This document shows, in pieces, positions 1 to 8,956 of a DNA stretch of 24,344 nucleotides. Source of the stretch: Promethearchaeota archaeon (GTDB lineage Archaea > Asgardarchaeota > Lokiarchaeia > Sigyniarchaeales > SOKP01); assembly GCA_019057795.1 (NCBI GenBank), contig JAHLWS010000012.1, forward strand, positions 1-24,344, given 5' to 3'. The translations under genes were made by a program, and so were the position numbers. The notes beneath the pieces are model-generated. The model searched no databases. It was not told where the DNA came from and worked only from the letters and a program-made list of their open reading frames with translations. Within the stretch, counting starts at the first letter, position 1; the number at the start of each line of letters is the position of its first letter.

Positions 1-264
1 CTCAGGCGCCGATATAACGATGTGTTGTGAAAAAGCACCTTTACTGCCCATCCGAACATGACAGAGTAGGTTCCTTAATAAGAAAAAAAATATAAAAGAG
101 TTGTTGGAATATGTTCGTTTAATAAATGGGACACATGTTAATGTTAAATAATTCGCTAACTTTTCTAAATTTTCATAATCTCTACGAGTAGATTTTGTAA
201 TTTGAAATATAAAACTATAAAGCCTGACCCTGAAAGAAGTGAGGGGTTGTAATAGGAGGAAATT

Positions 265-1476
265 ATGACGATCTATTCTCATTCTCGCCTGGAAACCTTT
301 AAGAGCTGTCCTTTAAAATACAAGTTTAACTATATCGATAAGATTGAAAGAGAAGAAGAGGGCATCGAGGCTTTTTTAGGTTCTCGCTTTCATGAGGTAA
401 TGGAAAAAATTTATAAAAACCTCCCCTTTAGGAAACACAGTTTGGATGAACTGCTGGATTTTTATAAGGATGATTGGAATAAGAATTATCATGATAAGAT
501 AATTATTGCCGACAATGAAAGAAAAGCTAAGGATTATAAAGAAATAGGGAAGAAGTTTATAGAAGATTATTATCAGCGGTATTATCCTTTTAACCAGGGG
601 AAAGTTTTAGGTACTGAACGTTGGGTAATTATAAATTTAGATGATAAGGGAGAATATAAATTAAGGGGAATTATAGACCGTTTAAACCAGACAAAAGATG
701 GAACTTATGAAATACATGATTATAAGACCTCCAAATCTCTCCCGGAGCAGAGCAGGATGGATGAAGACCGCCAGCTGGCTCTCTATCAGATAGGGGTTCA
801 GAGTATGTGGAACGATGTTTGTAATGTAGAGCTGGTGTGGCATTATGTAGCCTTTGATAAAGAGATAAGGTCAAAAAGGACGGAAGAAGAGTTAGATGAA
901 TTAAAAAAAGATACCATTGATTTGATAAAGAAGATTGAAGCTACCCGGGAATTTTTACCTAATGAGAGCATTTTATGCGGATGGTGTTATTATAAAGATA
1001 TCTGTCCTTTGCATAAACATGAATATATGGTTGGGAATCTGCCGGTAAATAAATATCTAAAAGATAGTGGGGTTAAATTGGTTAATGAATTTGCCAAATT
1101 GGATGATAAAAAGAAGAGTTATAAAGTAAAGATTAAAGAGATCGATGAAGAGCTGGAAGAGATAAAAGAAGCTGTTATTCAATATGCCGGAAATATAGGG
1201 GTAGAAGTGGTGATAGGGAGTGACCATAAGTTAAAGATTACCTCAAGTGAAAAAATCAATGTGCCGGGCAAAGGGACCAAGGAGAGAGAATCTTTGATAG
1301 AGTTGTTAAGCCAATTAAATAGATTGGAAGAAGTATCAGTCTTTGATGTCGCTGAGTTGAAAAAGGCAATTAAAGAGGAAAAATGGGATTCGGCTATTTT
1401 AGATGAGATAAAAAAGTTCGTAGAGGTTGAAACAGTGAAATCAGTCCGCTTATCAAAAAGCAAGAGAGAAGACTAA
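265..1476 (+). CDS. PD-(D/E)XK nuclease (RecB/AddB/Cas4-like) with probable 4Fe-4S cluster and ~150-aa C-terminal extension
   Basis: N-terminal YSHSRLETFKSCP; catalytic motifs RGIIDRL, IHDYKTS and QLALY; C-terminal CGWCYYKDIC completes a 1+3 Cys pattern; RBS AGGAGG just upstream of the ATG. Confidence 0.88.
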   Translation: MTIYSHSRLETFKSCPLKYKFNYIDKIEREEEGIEAFLGSRFHEVMEKIYKNLPFRKHSLDELLDFYKDDWNKNYHDKIIIADNERKAKDYKEIGKKFIEDYYQRYYPFNQGKVLGTERWVIINLDDKGEYKLRGIIDRLNQTKDGTYEIHDYKTSKSLPEQSRMDEDRQLALYQIGVQSMWNDVCNVELVWHYVAFDKEIRSKRTEEELDELKKDTIDLIKKIEATREFLPNESILCGWCYYKDICPLHKHEYMVGNLPVNKYLKDSGVKLVNEFAKLDDKKKSYKVKIKEIDEELEEIKEAVIQYAGNIGVEVVIGSDHKLKITSSEKINVPGKGTKERESLIELLSQLNRLEEVSVFDVAELKKAIKEEKWDSAILDEIKKFVEVETVKSVRLSKSKRED

Positions 1477-1478
1477 AG

Positions 1479-1574
1479 TGACAGGGGACGGGGGATTGTC
1501 GTAGATGTCAAAGGGACGGTCTAATGACAATATCATATCAAAGTAGCATGACAGGGAATGGGGAAGGTGTGCCA
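1479..1574. repeat. Cluster of degenerate short REP-like palindromes (TGACA/TGTCA arms around a GGGACGG core)
   Basis: tgacaggggacgggggattgtc (1479-1500), tgtcaaagggacggtctaatgaca (1506-1529) and a weaker copy at 1549-1574; a reverse-oriented relative lies at 24007-24029. Confidence 0.55.
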
Positions 1575-1581
1575 AGTCAAT

Positions 1582-1729
1582 AATTCGGTCACTTTTTGCG
1601 GAAAACCTATAGGATATGGGGAGTTTCTTAACCGGATGATAAGGCTTTAGGTATTATTATAGATAGATGTCTTAAAGCAAAACCTCGTGTAAGGGGAACT
1701 AAATCATAGAAAAAATAGGTCCCTATTTT
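1582..1729 (+). pseudogene. C-terminal remnant of a REP-associated tyrosine transposase (RAYT-type) followed by a short palindrome
   Basis: Frameshifted translation TFCGKPIGYGEFLNRMI/ALGIIIDRCLKAKPR resembles the RAYT C-terminal 'TGRPLG..EF...L...LG......GRP' pattern; palindrome aaaatagg-tc-cctatttt at 1712-1729. Confidence 0.5.
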
Positions 1730-1815
1730 CTAATTCTTTTCGAAGATTTAATTATAGATCCCTTAATACATTTCTAGACTAAAATACAATTTGTAAAAAC
1801 TCAGGAGATATTTTA

Positions 1816-2880
1816 ATGGGAAAGATTGATTTTAACGCAAAATTACTGGAAAAGAACAAACAAAGCGAAATTTGTTCTATTTATTCTGCTGCAGACGGAA
1901 TCGAAAGATCGCTTGAGAAAAATAAAGACTTGATCAAAAAATTGGCAATAGAAATGTATAAATATAACCCTGAACAAATTCTATTTGTGGGAAGCGGCGC
2001 TTCATATTGTACTTTATATACAGGCTACTATTTTTTAAGAACAAATTCATCCATATGGACAGTGCATTCTTTTGGTCCTGAAATTATATCTGATAATCCT
2101 TTATTTTTAGAGAAGTTACGTACTTTAGCAATACTTTCATCTTATTCAGGCAAAACAGAAGACACGCTTTTAGCAAGTAGCTTTTTAAAGAAAAAAAATA
2201 TTCCCATATTAGCGTTAACAAAAAGTGAAGATAATCCACTTGCTCAATCTGCTGATTTTGTTTTAGCTTACCACGATAAATGTTTGTATACATCGGCTAT
2301 GGCAAACCTTTTAATGCTGCTCTCACACTATATGATACTAAATGGTGAGCCAGATAATGCGATTAACTTGCAGAATGCATTATTAAAAGTTCCAGATGAC
2401 ATGCGTCACATTCAAGCGCTTAGTGAAGAGAAAGCATTGGTTGCTTTGGATAAAGTAAAGGAAGACAATTTCTTTTATGTTTTAGGCGATGGTGCCTTAT
2501 GGGCACTTGCTTACCAATTTGGTTATACAAATCTCATGGAGTATTCACGCGTACATGCTGCTTGTTTAAGAAATTGTGAATGGCGCCATGGACCTCTGGA
2601 AGTATTATCCAAAAAACCGGCAATTATAATGTTTATTGGAAATGATGCATCAAGGCCGTGGGCTATAGTTACAAAGAATTACTGTGAAAAAAACGGTGCA
2701 AATATTGTAACGTTTGATGTGAAGGATTATGTAAACACCAATCCAGTTTTAGCGCCGTTTATTCTCCATCAGGTAAGTCAGTTTTTCTTCCTATACCAAA
2801 GTACACAGCGAGGGATTGACATGGACGATTATTTAGAGATGCATGTAAAACCGTACAAGCCAGGAGAAAGTTATTTCTGA
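1816..2880 (+). CDS. SIS-domain protein, fructosamine/glucosamine-6-phosphate deglycase family (FrlB-like)
   Basis: Two SIS domains; FVGSGASY, SYSGKTEDT, LMEY and EWRHGPLEV (FrlB-type EFxHGPxE); RBS CAGGAG. Confidence 0.8.
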   Translation: MGKIDFNAKLLEKNKQSEICSIYSAADGIERSLEKNKDLIKKLAIEMYKYNPEQILFVGSGASYCTLYTGYYFLRTNSSIWTVHSFGPEIISDNPLFLEKLRTLAILSSYSGKTEDTLLASSFLKKKNIPILALTKSEDNPLAQSADFVLAYHDKCLYTSAMANLLMLLSHYMILNGEPDNAINLQNALLKVPDDMRHIQALSEEKALVALDKVKEDNFFYVLGDGALWALAYQFGYTNLMEYSRVHAACLRNCEWRHGPLEVLSKKPAIIMFIGNDASRPWAIVTKNYCEKNGANIVTFDVKDYVNTNPVLAPFILHQVSQFFFLYQSTQRGIDMDDYLEMHVKPYKPGESYF

Positions 2881-2952
2881 TAAATAGAACTCTATATGCG
2901 TTATTCTAAATAATAATATTTAAAAATCTTATTTTTTAAAGGGTCTAGTACA

Positions 2953-3270
2953 ATGAATGCTGTTATTTTATATGGACCTGGTAATATAGAAGTAAAAGAA
3001 GTTCCAAATGTAAAACCAAAAGAAAATGAAGTCTTAATAAAAGTAAAGAATTGTGGTGTATGTGGTATCGACATTTCTCTATTTAAAGGTAACTATCCTG
3101 CAAATTATCCGGTAATAATTGGACATGAATTTTCAGGTGAGGTTACTCAAGTTGGAAAAGACGTTTCCAATATTAGTATAGTTGAACATGTTACAGTAGA
3201 TCCAAATTTTGTTTGTCATTCCTGTTTTTTTATCTTTCCTTTAAAATCTCCCATTAATCAGTCGAATTAA
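2953..3270 (+). pseudogene. Truncated Zn-dependent medium-chain (sugar/polyol) dehydrogenase, GroES-like N-terminal domain only
   Basis: EVLIKVKNCGVCGID, IIGHEFSGEV and DPNFVCHSC; similarity stops at ~3225 inside the structural Zn lobe, with no NAD-binding domain; decayed motifs (VEHV for GDRV). Confidence 0.85.
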
Positions 3271-3393
3271 TTATTGCTCCTTCAGAGGACATATACGGCA
3301 GGAAACGCGCCAGGGGATGTCAGTTCTTAGATTTAATAAATGTTGTATGCTATTTCCGCGGAAACAGGAGAGGAATCTATTTTATAAATAAAT

Positions 3394-3422
3394 TTGACAC
3401 CGGACGAGAAATATTTTATTAT
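3394..3422 (+). promoter_or_regulatory. Sigma70-type promoter of the ROK/ABC operon
   Basis: TTGACA (3394-3399), 17-nt spacer, TATTAT (3417-3422). Confidence 0.7.
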
Positions 3423-3424
3423 AC

Positions 3425-3449
3425 ACTTAGTTAGTAAAGTTAATAAAGA
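3425..3449. promoter_or_regulatory. Candidate ROK-family operator overlapping the predicted transcription start
   Basis: ACTTAGTTAGTAAAGTTAATAAAGA = ACTT-N17-AAGA, a 25-bp imperfect palindrome shaped like XylR-type ROK operators, immediately after the -10 box. Confidence 0.45.
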
Positions 3450-3550
3450 AAGAATATTTAAGAACAAAATTAATATAAAAGTATGATAAAAAGCATTATA
3501 AAGAGAACCTGCTTTCTATCTAAAGAAAATAAAAGGAAAATAATTATTTA

Positions 3551-4693
3551 ATGGAAATAAGAAATATAAATAAAGGTTTAGTTTTAAGAACTATTGAGAA
3601 AAATGGTTCAATTTCAAGAGCAGATGTTGGTAAGATAGTAGGATTAGCCCCTCCCACCGTCTCTGCTATTGTTAAGGATTTAATTGAAAGAGATATAGTT
3701 CAGGAAATTGGAAAAGGAGATTCTTCGGGTGGAAAAAAGCCAATATTATTAAAAATAAATTCAAAAATAGCTTATATGATTGCAGTGGACTTAGGAGGAG
3801 AAAATGGAATAAGAGTAGCCTTGATGGATTTATCTTACAATATTGTTAACCAGAAGCTTGGACCAAAGATAGGGTCTTTAAATAGTCAAAAATTAAAAAA
3901 TTCACTTAGTGTTATATTAAAAGATTTTATAAAAGAGATAAATATTTCAAAAGAAAAAATATTGAGTATATGTATTGGTGTACCAGGGATTATAGACTTT
4001 AAATTAGAAAAAGTGACTGTAGCTCCTTATTTAAATTGGGAAATATCTTTGGAGGATTTGAAATTTAAAGGAATTAGAATACCAATCGTTCTTGAAAACG
4101 ATGTTAACCTAATGGCTTTGGGAGAGAAAACTAAAGGGAAAGCCCAAAAAATTAACAACTTTGTTTTTGTGGGAGAAAGAACCGGAATAGGTGTGGGTAT
4201 TATAATTAATGGCAAGCTTTATAAGGGAGCGAACAATGCTGCCGGTGAGGTAGGATATCTATTGATTGATCCCAAGTATGCCCCTAAAAACAGTAGAGAT
4301 TATGGTTGTTTAGAAAAATTAGCCAGTTATAAAATTATTATAGAGAAAACGAAAAAAAAGACAGGTAAGAACATTAAAGTTATAGATGTATTTAAAATGG
4401 CTGCCGAGGGAGATAATGTTGCCCTGAGAATTGTAAAAGAAGCATTAAAGTTTCTTGCTTATGGTATTGGAAATATATACTGTGTACTTGATCCGGAATT
4501 AGTAATAATCGGAGGGGGAATTTCAATTTTACCACCAAGATTTTTAGAGGAAATAAAGAAGAATATCAGGGAAATAACTCCTTTTGTTCCTAAGATAGAA
4601 TTTTCTAAGTTAGAAGAGGACGGAGTTTTAATTGGTGCAGCAGTAAAGGTGCTCGAGCCTTTGAAGAGAAGAGGACTAGCGCTTATTAAGTAG
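3551..4693 (+). CDS. ROK family transcriptional repressor (NagC/XylR-like)
   Basis: wHTH ISRADVGKIVGLAPPTVSAIVKDL, linker SSGGKKP, ROK motifs VPG, ENDVN, AGEVG and GCLE. The CxCGxxGC Zn motif is absent. Confidence 0.92.
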   Translation: MEIRNINKGLVLRTIEKNGSISRADVGKIVGLAPPTVSAIVKDLIERDIVQEIGKGDSSGGKKPILLKINSKIAYMIAVDLGGENGIRVALMDLSYNIVNQKLGPKIGSLNSQKLKNSLSVILKDFIKEINISKEKILSICIGVPGIIDFKLEKVTVAPYLNWEISLEDLKFKGIRIPIVLENDVNLMALGEKTKGKAQKINNFVFVGERTGIGVGIIINGKLYKGANNAAGEVGYLLIDPKYAPKNSRDYGCLEKLASYKIIIEKTKKKTGKNIKVIDVFKMAAEGDNVALRIVKEALKFLAYGIGNIYCVLDPELVIIGGGISILPPRFLEEIKKNIREITPFVPKIEFSKLEEDGVLIGAAVKVLEPLKRRGLALIK

Positions 4694-4903
4694 TAAGAGT
4701 TTTTTTATAGAAAAAGCTTAAAGACTGAGGTATATTTTAACGCACTTGAGAAGTCTAAGCGAAAAAAGGAGGTGATTTTTATAAATTTAGCGATAATCTT
4801 GTATTTGTTAACTAGAATGTCTATAAAGGAATACGTTAATAAGATCATTGAGATTCGTTCAAGGAAGAAAATTAAAATTATTTTTATTAGGAGGATTTTA
4901 GTT

Positions 4904-6190
4904 ATGAAAATGTTACTACCATTACCATTAATCAAAAAAATCTTACCACTAATGTTAGTATTTGTTTTTGTATTAGCTTTTGTTGTAATGGCGAGTGCTG
5001 AGAAAGTTGAGATTACTTACTGGCAGTATTTTTATCAGACCAAACAAGAGACAATTGATGTACTCATCGACCTCTTCGAAAAAGAAAATCCTGATATTAT
5101 AGTTGAGCATATAACTTTCCCTTATGAAAATTATAATGTCAAGGTTGCAGCTTCGGTACCTGCGAGGGTAGGGCCTAATGTAATTAATCTTTATTATGGT
5201 TGGTTACCACTATATATTGGTGCGGGTTACTTACAAGCATTGCCTGAAGATGTTTTTAATCCTGAGATGATTGAAAAAGATTTTTTCCCATTGGTTTCCG
5301 CAGCAAAAGTTGATGGTAAATATTATGCCTTACCAACAGCAGTAAGGTCTCTTGCTTTGATCTGGAATAAGGATCTATTTAAAGAGGCTGGTTTAGATCC
5401 AGAAATTCCTCCCAAAACTCTGGATGAATTAGTAGAATATGCACAAAAATTAACCAAATATGATAAGGCCGGCAATATCATACAGGCAGGTTTAACAACT
5501 GAGTTAAGGGGTCAATTGCATCATTGGGTAAGAGAGGTATTAATTCGTCAATTTGGTGGTAAACCTTATTCTGATGATAATCGTAAGGTAACCTATAATG
5601 ATCAGAGCGGTTACGATGCTTTTACATTCTTTACAGATTTAACAGAAAAATATAAAGTCGGTCAAGTAGGTTTTTTAACTGATGATGTTACTGCCTTTAA
5701 AGCAGGGAAAGCGGCAATGACTATTGATGGGTCTTTCAGAATTGGCACACTTGATAAGGTGAAAAACCTTAATTATGGTGTGGCTGAGGTACCTTCTCAT
5801 AATGGTGTTAAATCTAATTTTGCTTCTTTCTGGGCTAATGGTATTACCAGCTTCACTGAAGGTAAAAAATTGGAAGCTTCAATAAAATTTCTAAAATTTT
5901 TAACATCTGATAAGACTATGGAACTCTGGCTTAAGAATATTGGAGAGTTACCTGCCAAACCATCTGTAGCTTTCAAAGAAGAGAATATAAATAATCCTAA
6001 ATACGGACCCTTTATTAAAGGATTAGAATATGCCCATGCAACATACTTTGTTGATGAAATGCCTCAGAGACAGGTCTGGACAGATGCCTATGATATGATA
6101 ACATTGGAGGGTAAGACAGTCAAAGAAGCAGTCGATATAGCCGCTGAAACCGAACAGAATGTATTAGATAAATTTTATTCTGACAAATAG
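4904..6190 (+). CDS. Carbohydrate ABC transporter (CUT1) substrate-binding protein 1
   Basis: Start moved from 4772 to ATG 4904 (RBS AGGAGG at 4889-4894); hydrophobic signal peptide ending ASA; DGKYYALP, WNKDLFKEAGLD, PKTLDEL and FKAGKAAM motifs. Confidence 0.92.
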   Translation: MKMLLPLPLIKKILPLMLVFVFVLAFVVMASAEKVEITYWQYFYQTKQETIDVLIDLFEKENPDIIVEHITFPYENYNVKVAASVPARVGPNVINLYYGWLPLYIGAGYLQALPEDVFNPEMIEKDFFPLVSAAKVDGKYYALPTAVRSLALIWNKDLFKEAGLDPEIPPKTLDELVEYAQKLTKYDKAGNIIQAGLTTELRGQLHHWVREVLIRQFGGKPYSDDNRKVTYNDQSGYDAFTFFTDLTEKYKVGQVGFLTDDVTAFKAGKAAMTIDGSFRIGTLDKVKNLNYGVAEVPSHNGVKSNFASFWANGITSFTEGKKLEASIKFLKFLTSDKTMELWLKNIGELPAKPSVAFKEENINNPKYGPFIKGLEYAHATYFVDEMPQRQVWTDAYDMITLEGKTVKEAVDIAAETEQNVLDKFYSDK

Positions 6191-6203
6191 TATTTATATT
6201 CAG

Positions 6204-6233
6204 TAAAGGAGGGAGGAAACCCTCCCTCCTTTA
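6204..6233 (+). terminator. Intercistronic stem-loop after the SBP gene (partial terminator or mRNA stabiliser)
   Basis: Perfect 13-bp stem taaaggagggagg / cctccctccttta with a 4-nt loop. Confidence 0.75.
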
Positions 6234-6252
6234 GTTAAAGAGAGGTTTATTT

Positions 6253-7152
6253 TTGAAAATAAGATTTAATAAACTATCTATTGAACAAAAAAAGGCAGTC
6301 TGGGCCTATATTTTTTTATTTGTACCCTTAACATTTTATCTAGTAATAAGAATCTACCCGACCTTTAGTTCCTTTTATATTTCTTTTACTGACTGGGATA
6401 TAGTTTCTTCTGAAAAGCAGTTTATAGGATTAGAAAATTATCAAAAAATGGTTAATGACCCAGTATTTTTGAAAACTTTAGTTAACACCTTTAGGTACGT
6501 TATCTTTGGCCTACCTGTTAACTTGGTTTTAAGTTTTATAATAGCTTATAATTTAAATAAAATAAAACGTGGATTGGGATTATATAGAACATTGTACTTC
6601 ATACCTTATATGACATCATTGGTTGCAGTTTCCTGGGTCTGGAGATGGTTATATCAACCATTACCACTTGGCTTTTTTAATAATCTTTTAAGCTTTTTCG
6701 GTTTGGCACAACAGCCTTTTTTACAATCAACCAGTCAGGCCTTACCCTCAATTTTAGCACCGACCATATGGGCTGAGATAGGTTTCCAAGTTATTATATT
6801 TTTAGCTGGGTTAAAAGGAATTCCTGAATTATTATATGAGGCGGCAGATATTGATGGGGCAGATAATAGGCAAAAATTATTTAAGATTACGATTCCACTT
6901 TTAAGACCAACGATTATTTTTTTAGTTGTAATGGGTACAATTAAATATTTGCGTATTTTTACCCAGGTTTATACTATGACTTATCAGGGTGAGGGCGGTC
7001 CTTTAAATTCTACCAAACCCCTTGTTCTTTATATTTATAATAATGCTTTTAGAAGTTTTGATATGGGTTATGCCTCTGCTATGACAGTTGTTTTATTTGT
7101 ATTAATTTTATGTATAACTCTAATTCAGTTAAAAGTGTTGGAGGAAAAATGA
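6253..7152 (+). CDS. Carbohydrate ABC transporter permease (MalF/UgpA-like)
   Basis: FIGLENY; EAA loop IPELLYEAADIDGA; ITIPLLRP, GGP and GYASA; multiple TM segments; TTG start with RBS GAGG. Confidence 0.93.
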   Translation: MKIRFNKLSIEQKKAVWAYIFLFVPLTFYLVIRIYPTFSSFYISFTDWDIVSSEKQFIGLENYQKMVNDPVFLKTLVNTFRYVIFGLPVNLVLSFIIAYNLNKIKRGLGLYRTLYFIPYMTSLVAVSWVWRWLYQPLPLGFFNNLLSFFGLAQQPFLQSTSQALPSILAPTIWAEIGFQVIIFLAGLKGIPELLYEAADIDGADNRQKLFKITIPLLRPTIIFLVVMGTIKYLRIFTQVYTMTYQGEGGPLNSTKPLVLYIYNNAFRSFDMGYASAMTVVLFVLILCITLIQLKVLEEK

Positions 7153-7988
7153 ATAAAGAAAAAAATAATAAAGGAAAATTAAAAAGAACAAATCCAACTG
7201 TCTATGTTTTATTGGCACTTGGTGGAATTATTATGATCTTTCCCTTTGTCTGGATGATTGCGACATCATTTAAACAACCTTGGGATGTTTATAATCTGTC
7301 CATTATTCCACCAGAGGCAACTTTTAATAATTATATAAGGTTATTTGAGAGAAGCAATTTTCCCAGATGGTTTTTAAATTCTTTTGTGGTTGGTTTATTA
7401 GTTACTTTCTCTGTTTTGTTTTTTGATTCATTGGCTGGCTATACTTTGTGTAAGTTTAATTTTAAAGGGAAAAAAATAATTTTTATTTTAATTCTTTCTA
7501 CAATGATGATTCCAACTGAAATGTTAGTTATTCCCTGGTATATAATGTCGAATAAATGGGGCTGGGTTGATTCTTATTGGGGTATAATGTTCCCGGGAAT
7601 TATGACAGGTTTTGGTACTTTTTTAATGAGACAGTTTTTCCAGGGTGTACCTGATGAACTGTTAGATGCAGCTAGGATTGATGGATTAAATGAATTTCAG
7701 ATCTGGTGGAAGATCGCGATGCCTTTAGTTAAGCCTGCTATTTCTGCCCTCTCTATCTTTACTTTTCTCGGGAATTGGAATGCTTTTTTATGGCCATTAA
7801 TTGTTATCAGCAAGACTGAGTTATACACATTGCCCGTAGGTCTTGCTTTTTTCTCGGGTGAGTTCCAGACCGAATGGGAGATGGTTATGACTGGTGCTTC
7901 TGTGGCAACTATTCCTGTCTTAATAGTTTTTTTAATTTTCCAGAAACAAATAATTAAAGGTATTGCCTTATCAGGCTTGAAAGGATAG
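7149..7988 (+). CDS. Carbohydrate ABC transporter permease (MalG/UgpE-like)
   Basis: Start moved to ATG 7149 (ATGA overlap with the previous stop, RBS GGAGG); VPDELLDAARIDG, WNAFLWP, TLPVGL, FQKQIIKG. Confidence 0.93.
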   Translation: MNKEKNNKGKLKRTNPTVYVLLALGGIIMIFPFVWMIATSFKQPWDVYNLSIIPPEATFNNYIRLFERSNFPRWFLNSFVVGLLVTFSVLFFDSLAGYTLCKFNFKGKKIIFILILSTMMIPTEMLVIPWYIMSNKWGWVDSYWGIMFPGIMTGFGTFLMRQFFQGVPDELLDAARIDGLNEFQIWWKIAMPLVKPAISALSIFTFLGNWNAFLWPLIVISKTELYTLPVGLAFFSGEFQTEWEMVMTGASVATIPVLIVFLIFQKQIIKGIALSGLKG

Positions 7989-8932
7989 TGGTAAAGGTGT
8001 ATTCAGGATTAAAAATAATTGATTCACATTCTCATTTTCCAGTAAATGAGCCAATTATTAAAACAATGATGAGTGAAGGAAGATTTAATGAATTTAAACG
8101 AATAGCTGATAAACAACAAATCTCAAAAACTCAGGAAAAATGGAGAAAGGCATGGGGATTTGCAAAACCAGATGAGATTGTATTAACTGATGAAGAATTG
8201 GTTCAAAAATGGGTAGAGGAAATGGATAGAAGAGGGATTGATAAAATAGTCTGGGTAACTGGTGGAGGTAATGATCGCCTTGCCAGGATTATTAAAATGG
8301 CTCCTGATCGTTTTATCGGTTATGCCCATCATAATTTATTTGCGAAAGATGCAGCCTTAGAATTGGAGAACGCTATTGTTAAACTAGGTTTAAAGGGTTA
8401 TAAAATGTTAGCCCCTATTTTAGATAAATTAATAATCGATAAATCAGCTTATCCTGTCTGGGAGGTTTGTGTTAAATATAATCTGCCTGTATTAATTCAC
8501 TTTGGTATTATGGGAGCCGGTGGTGGTATTGCTTACAATGAAAATATAAATCCAGCTATTATGGAGAGTGTTGCTAAAGATTTTCCGGAGCTCAATTTTA
8601 TTATACCTCATTTTGGTTGTGGATACCTTAAAGAACTTTTGTTTTTAGGTTGGGTCTGTGAGAATATTTATGTAGATACTTCTGGGTCTAATCAATGGAT
8701 GCGCTGGATGCCATATCCAGTTAATTTGGAGTCGAGTTTTGAAAAATTTTATAAGACTTTTGGCCCGGAGAGGATTCTCTTTGGTACAGATTCATCATAT
8801 TTCCCCAGAGGTTATGCTATAGATTATTTAAAAGAGCAGAATAGGATTGTGCGGTTCTTAAATATTCCTGAGAATGAGGTACAAATGATTTTCGGGGGTA
8901 ACATAGCTAAATTATTAAATATAGAACTTTAG
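7988..8932 (+). CDS. Amidohydrolase_2 family metal-dependent hydrolase
   Basis: IIDSHSH metal motif, LPVLIHFG, IIPHFG, YVDTSG, RILFGTDS, IFGGN; GTG start overlaps the permease stop. Confidence 0.88.
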   Translation: MVKVYSGLKIIDSHSHFPVNEPIIKTMMSEGRFNEFKRIADKQQISKTQEKWRKAWGFAKPDEIVLTDEELVQKWVEEMDRRGIDKIVWVTGGGNDRLARIIKMAPDRFIGYAHHNLFAKDAALELENAIVKLGLKGYKMLAPILDKLIIDKSAYPVWEVCVKYNLPVLIHFGIMGAGGGIAYNENINPAIMESVAKDFPELNFIIPHFGCGYLKELLFLGWVCENIYVDTSGSNQWMRWMPYPVNLESSFEKFYKTFGPERILFGTDSSYFPRGYAIDYLKEQNRIVRFLNIPENEVQMIFGGNIAKLLNIEL

Positions 8933-8956
8933 AGTATTTTTCGTGGAGGTGAAATC

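Noticed and set aside
1-120. Possible minus-strand gene start or attC-like site at the window edge
   Set aside because: Too short, no recognisable protein motif and no complete inverted-repeat structure visible.
265-1729. CRISPR-Cas locus suggested by the Cas4-like nuclease and nearby repeats
   Set aside because: No other cas genes; the repeats are few, degenerate and not regularly spaced.
3226-3390. Possible ncRNA or further gene relic between the ADH fragment and the ROK promoter
   Set aside because: Slightly more GC-rich, but I could not recognise any riboswitch consensus or protein family.
4772-4903. Upstream starts given by the ORF track (4772; likewise 7110 and 13141)
   Set aside because: Downstream ATGs at 4904, 7149 and 13207 have proper RBSs and family-typical N-termini; the GTG at 4772 lies inside an SD sequence.
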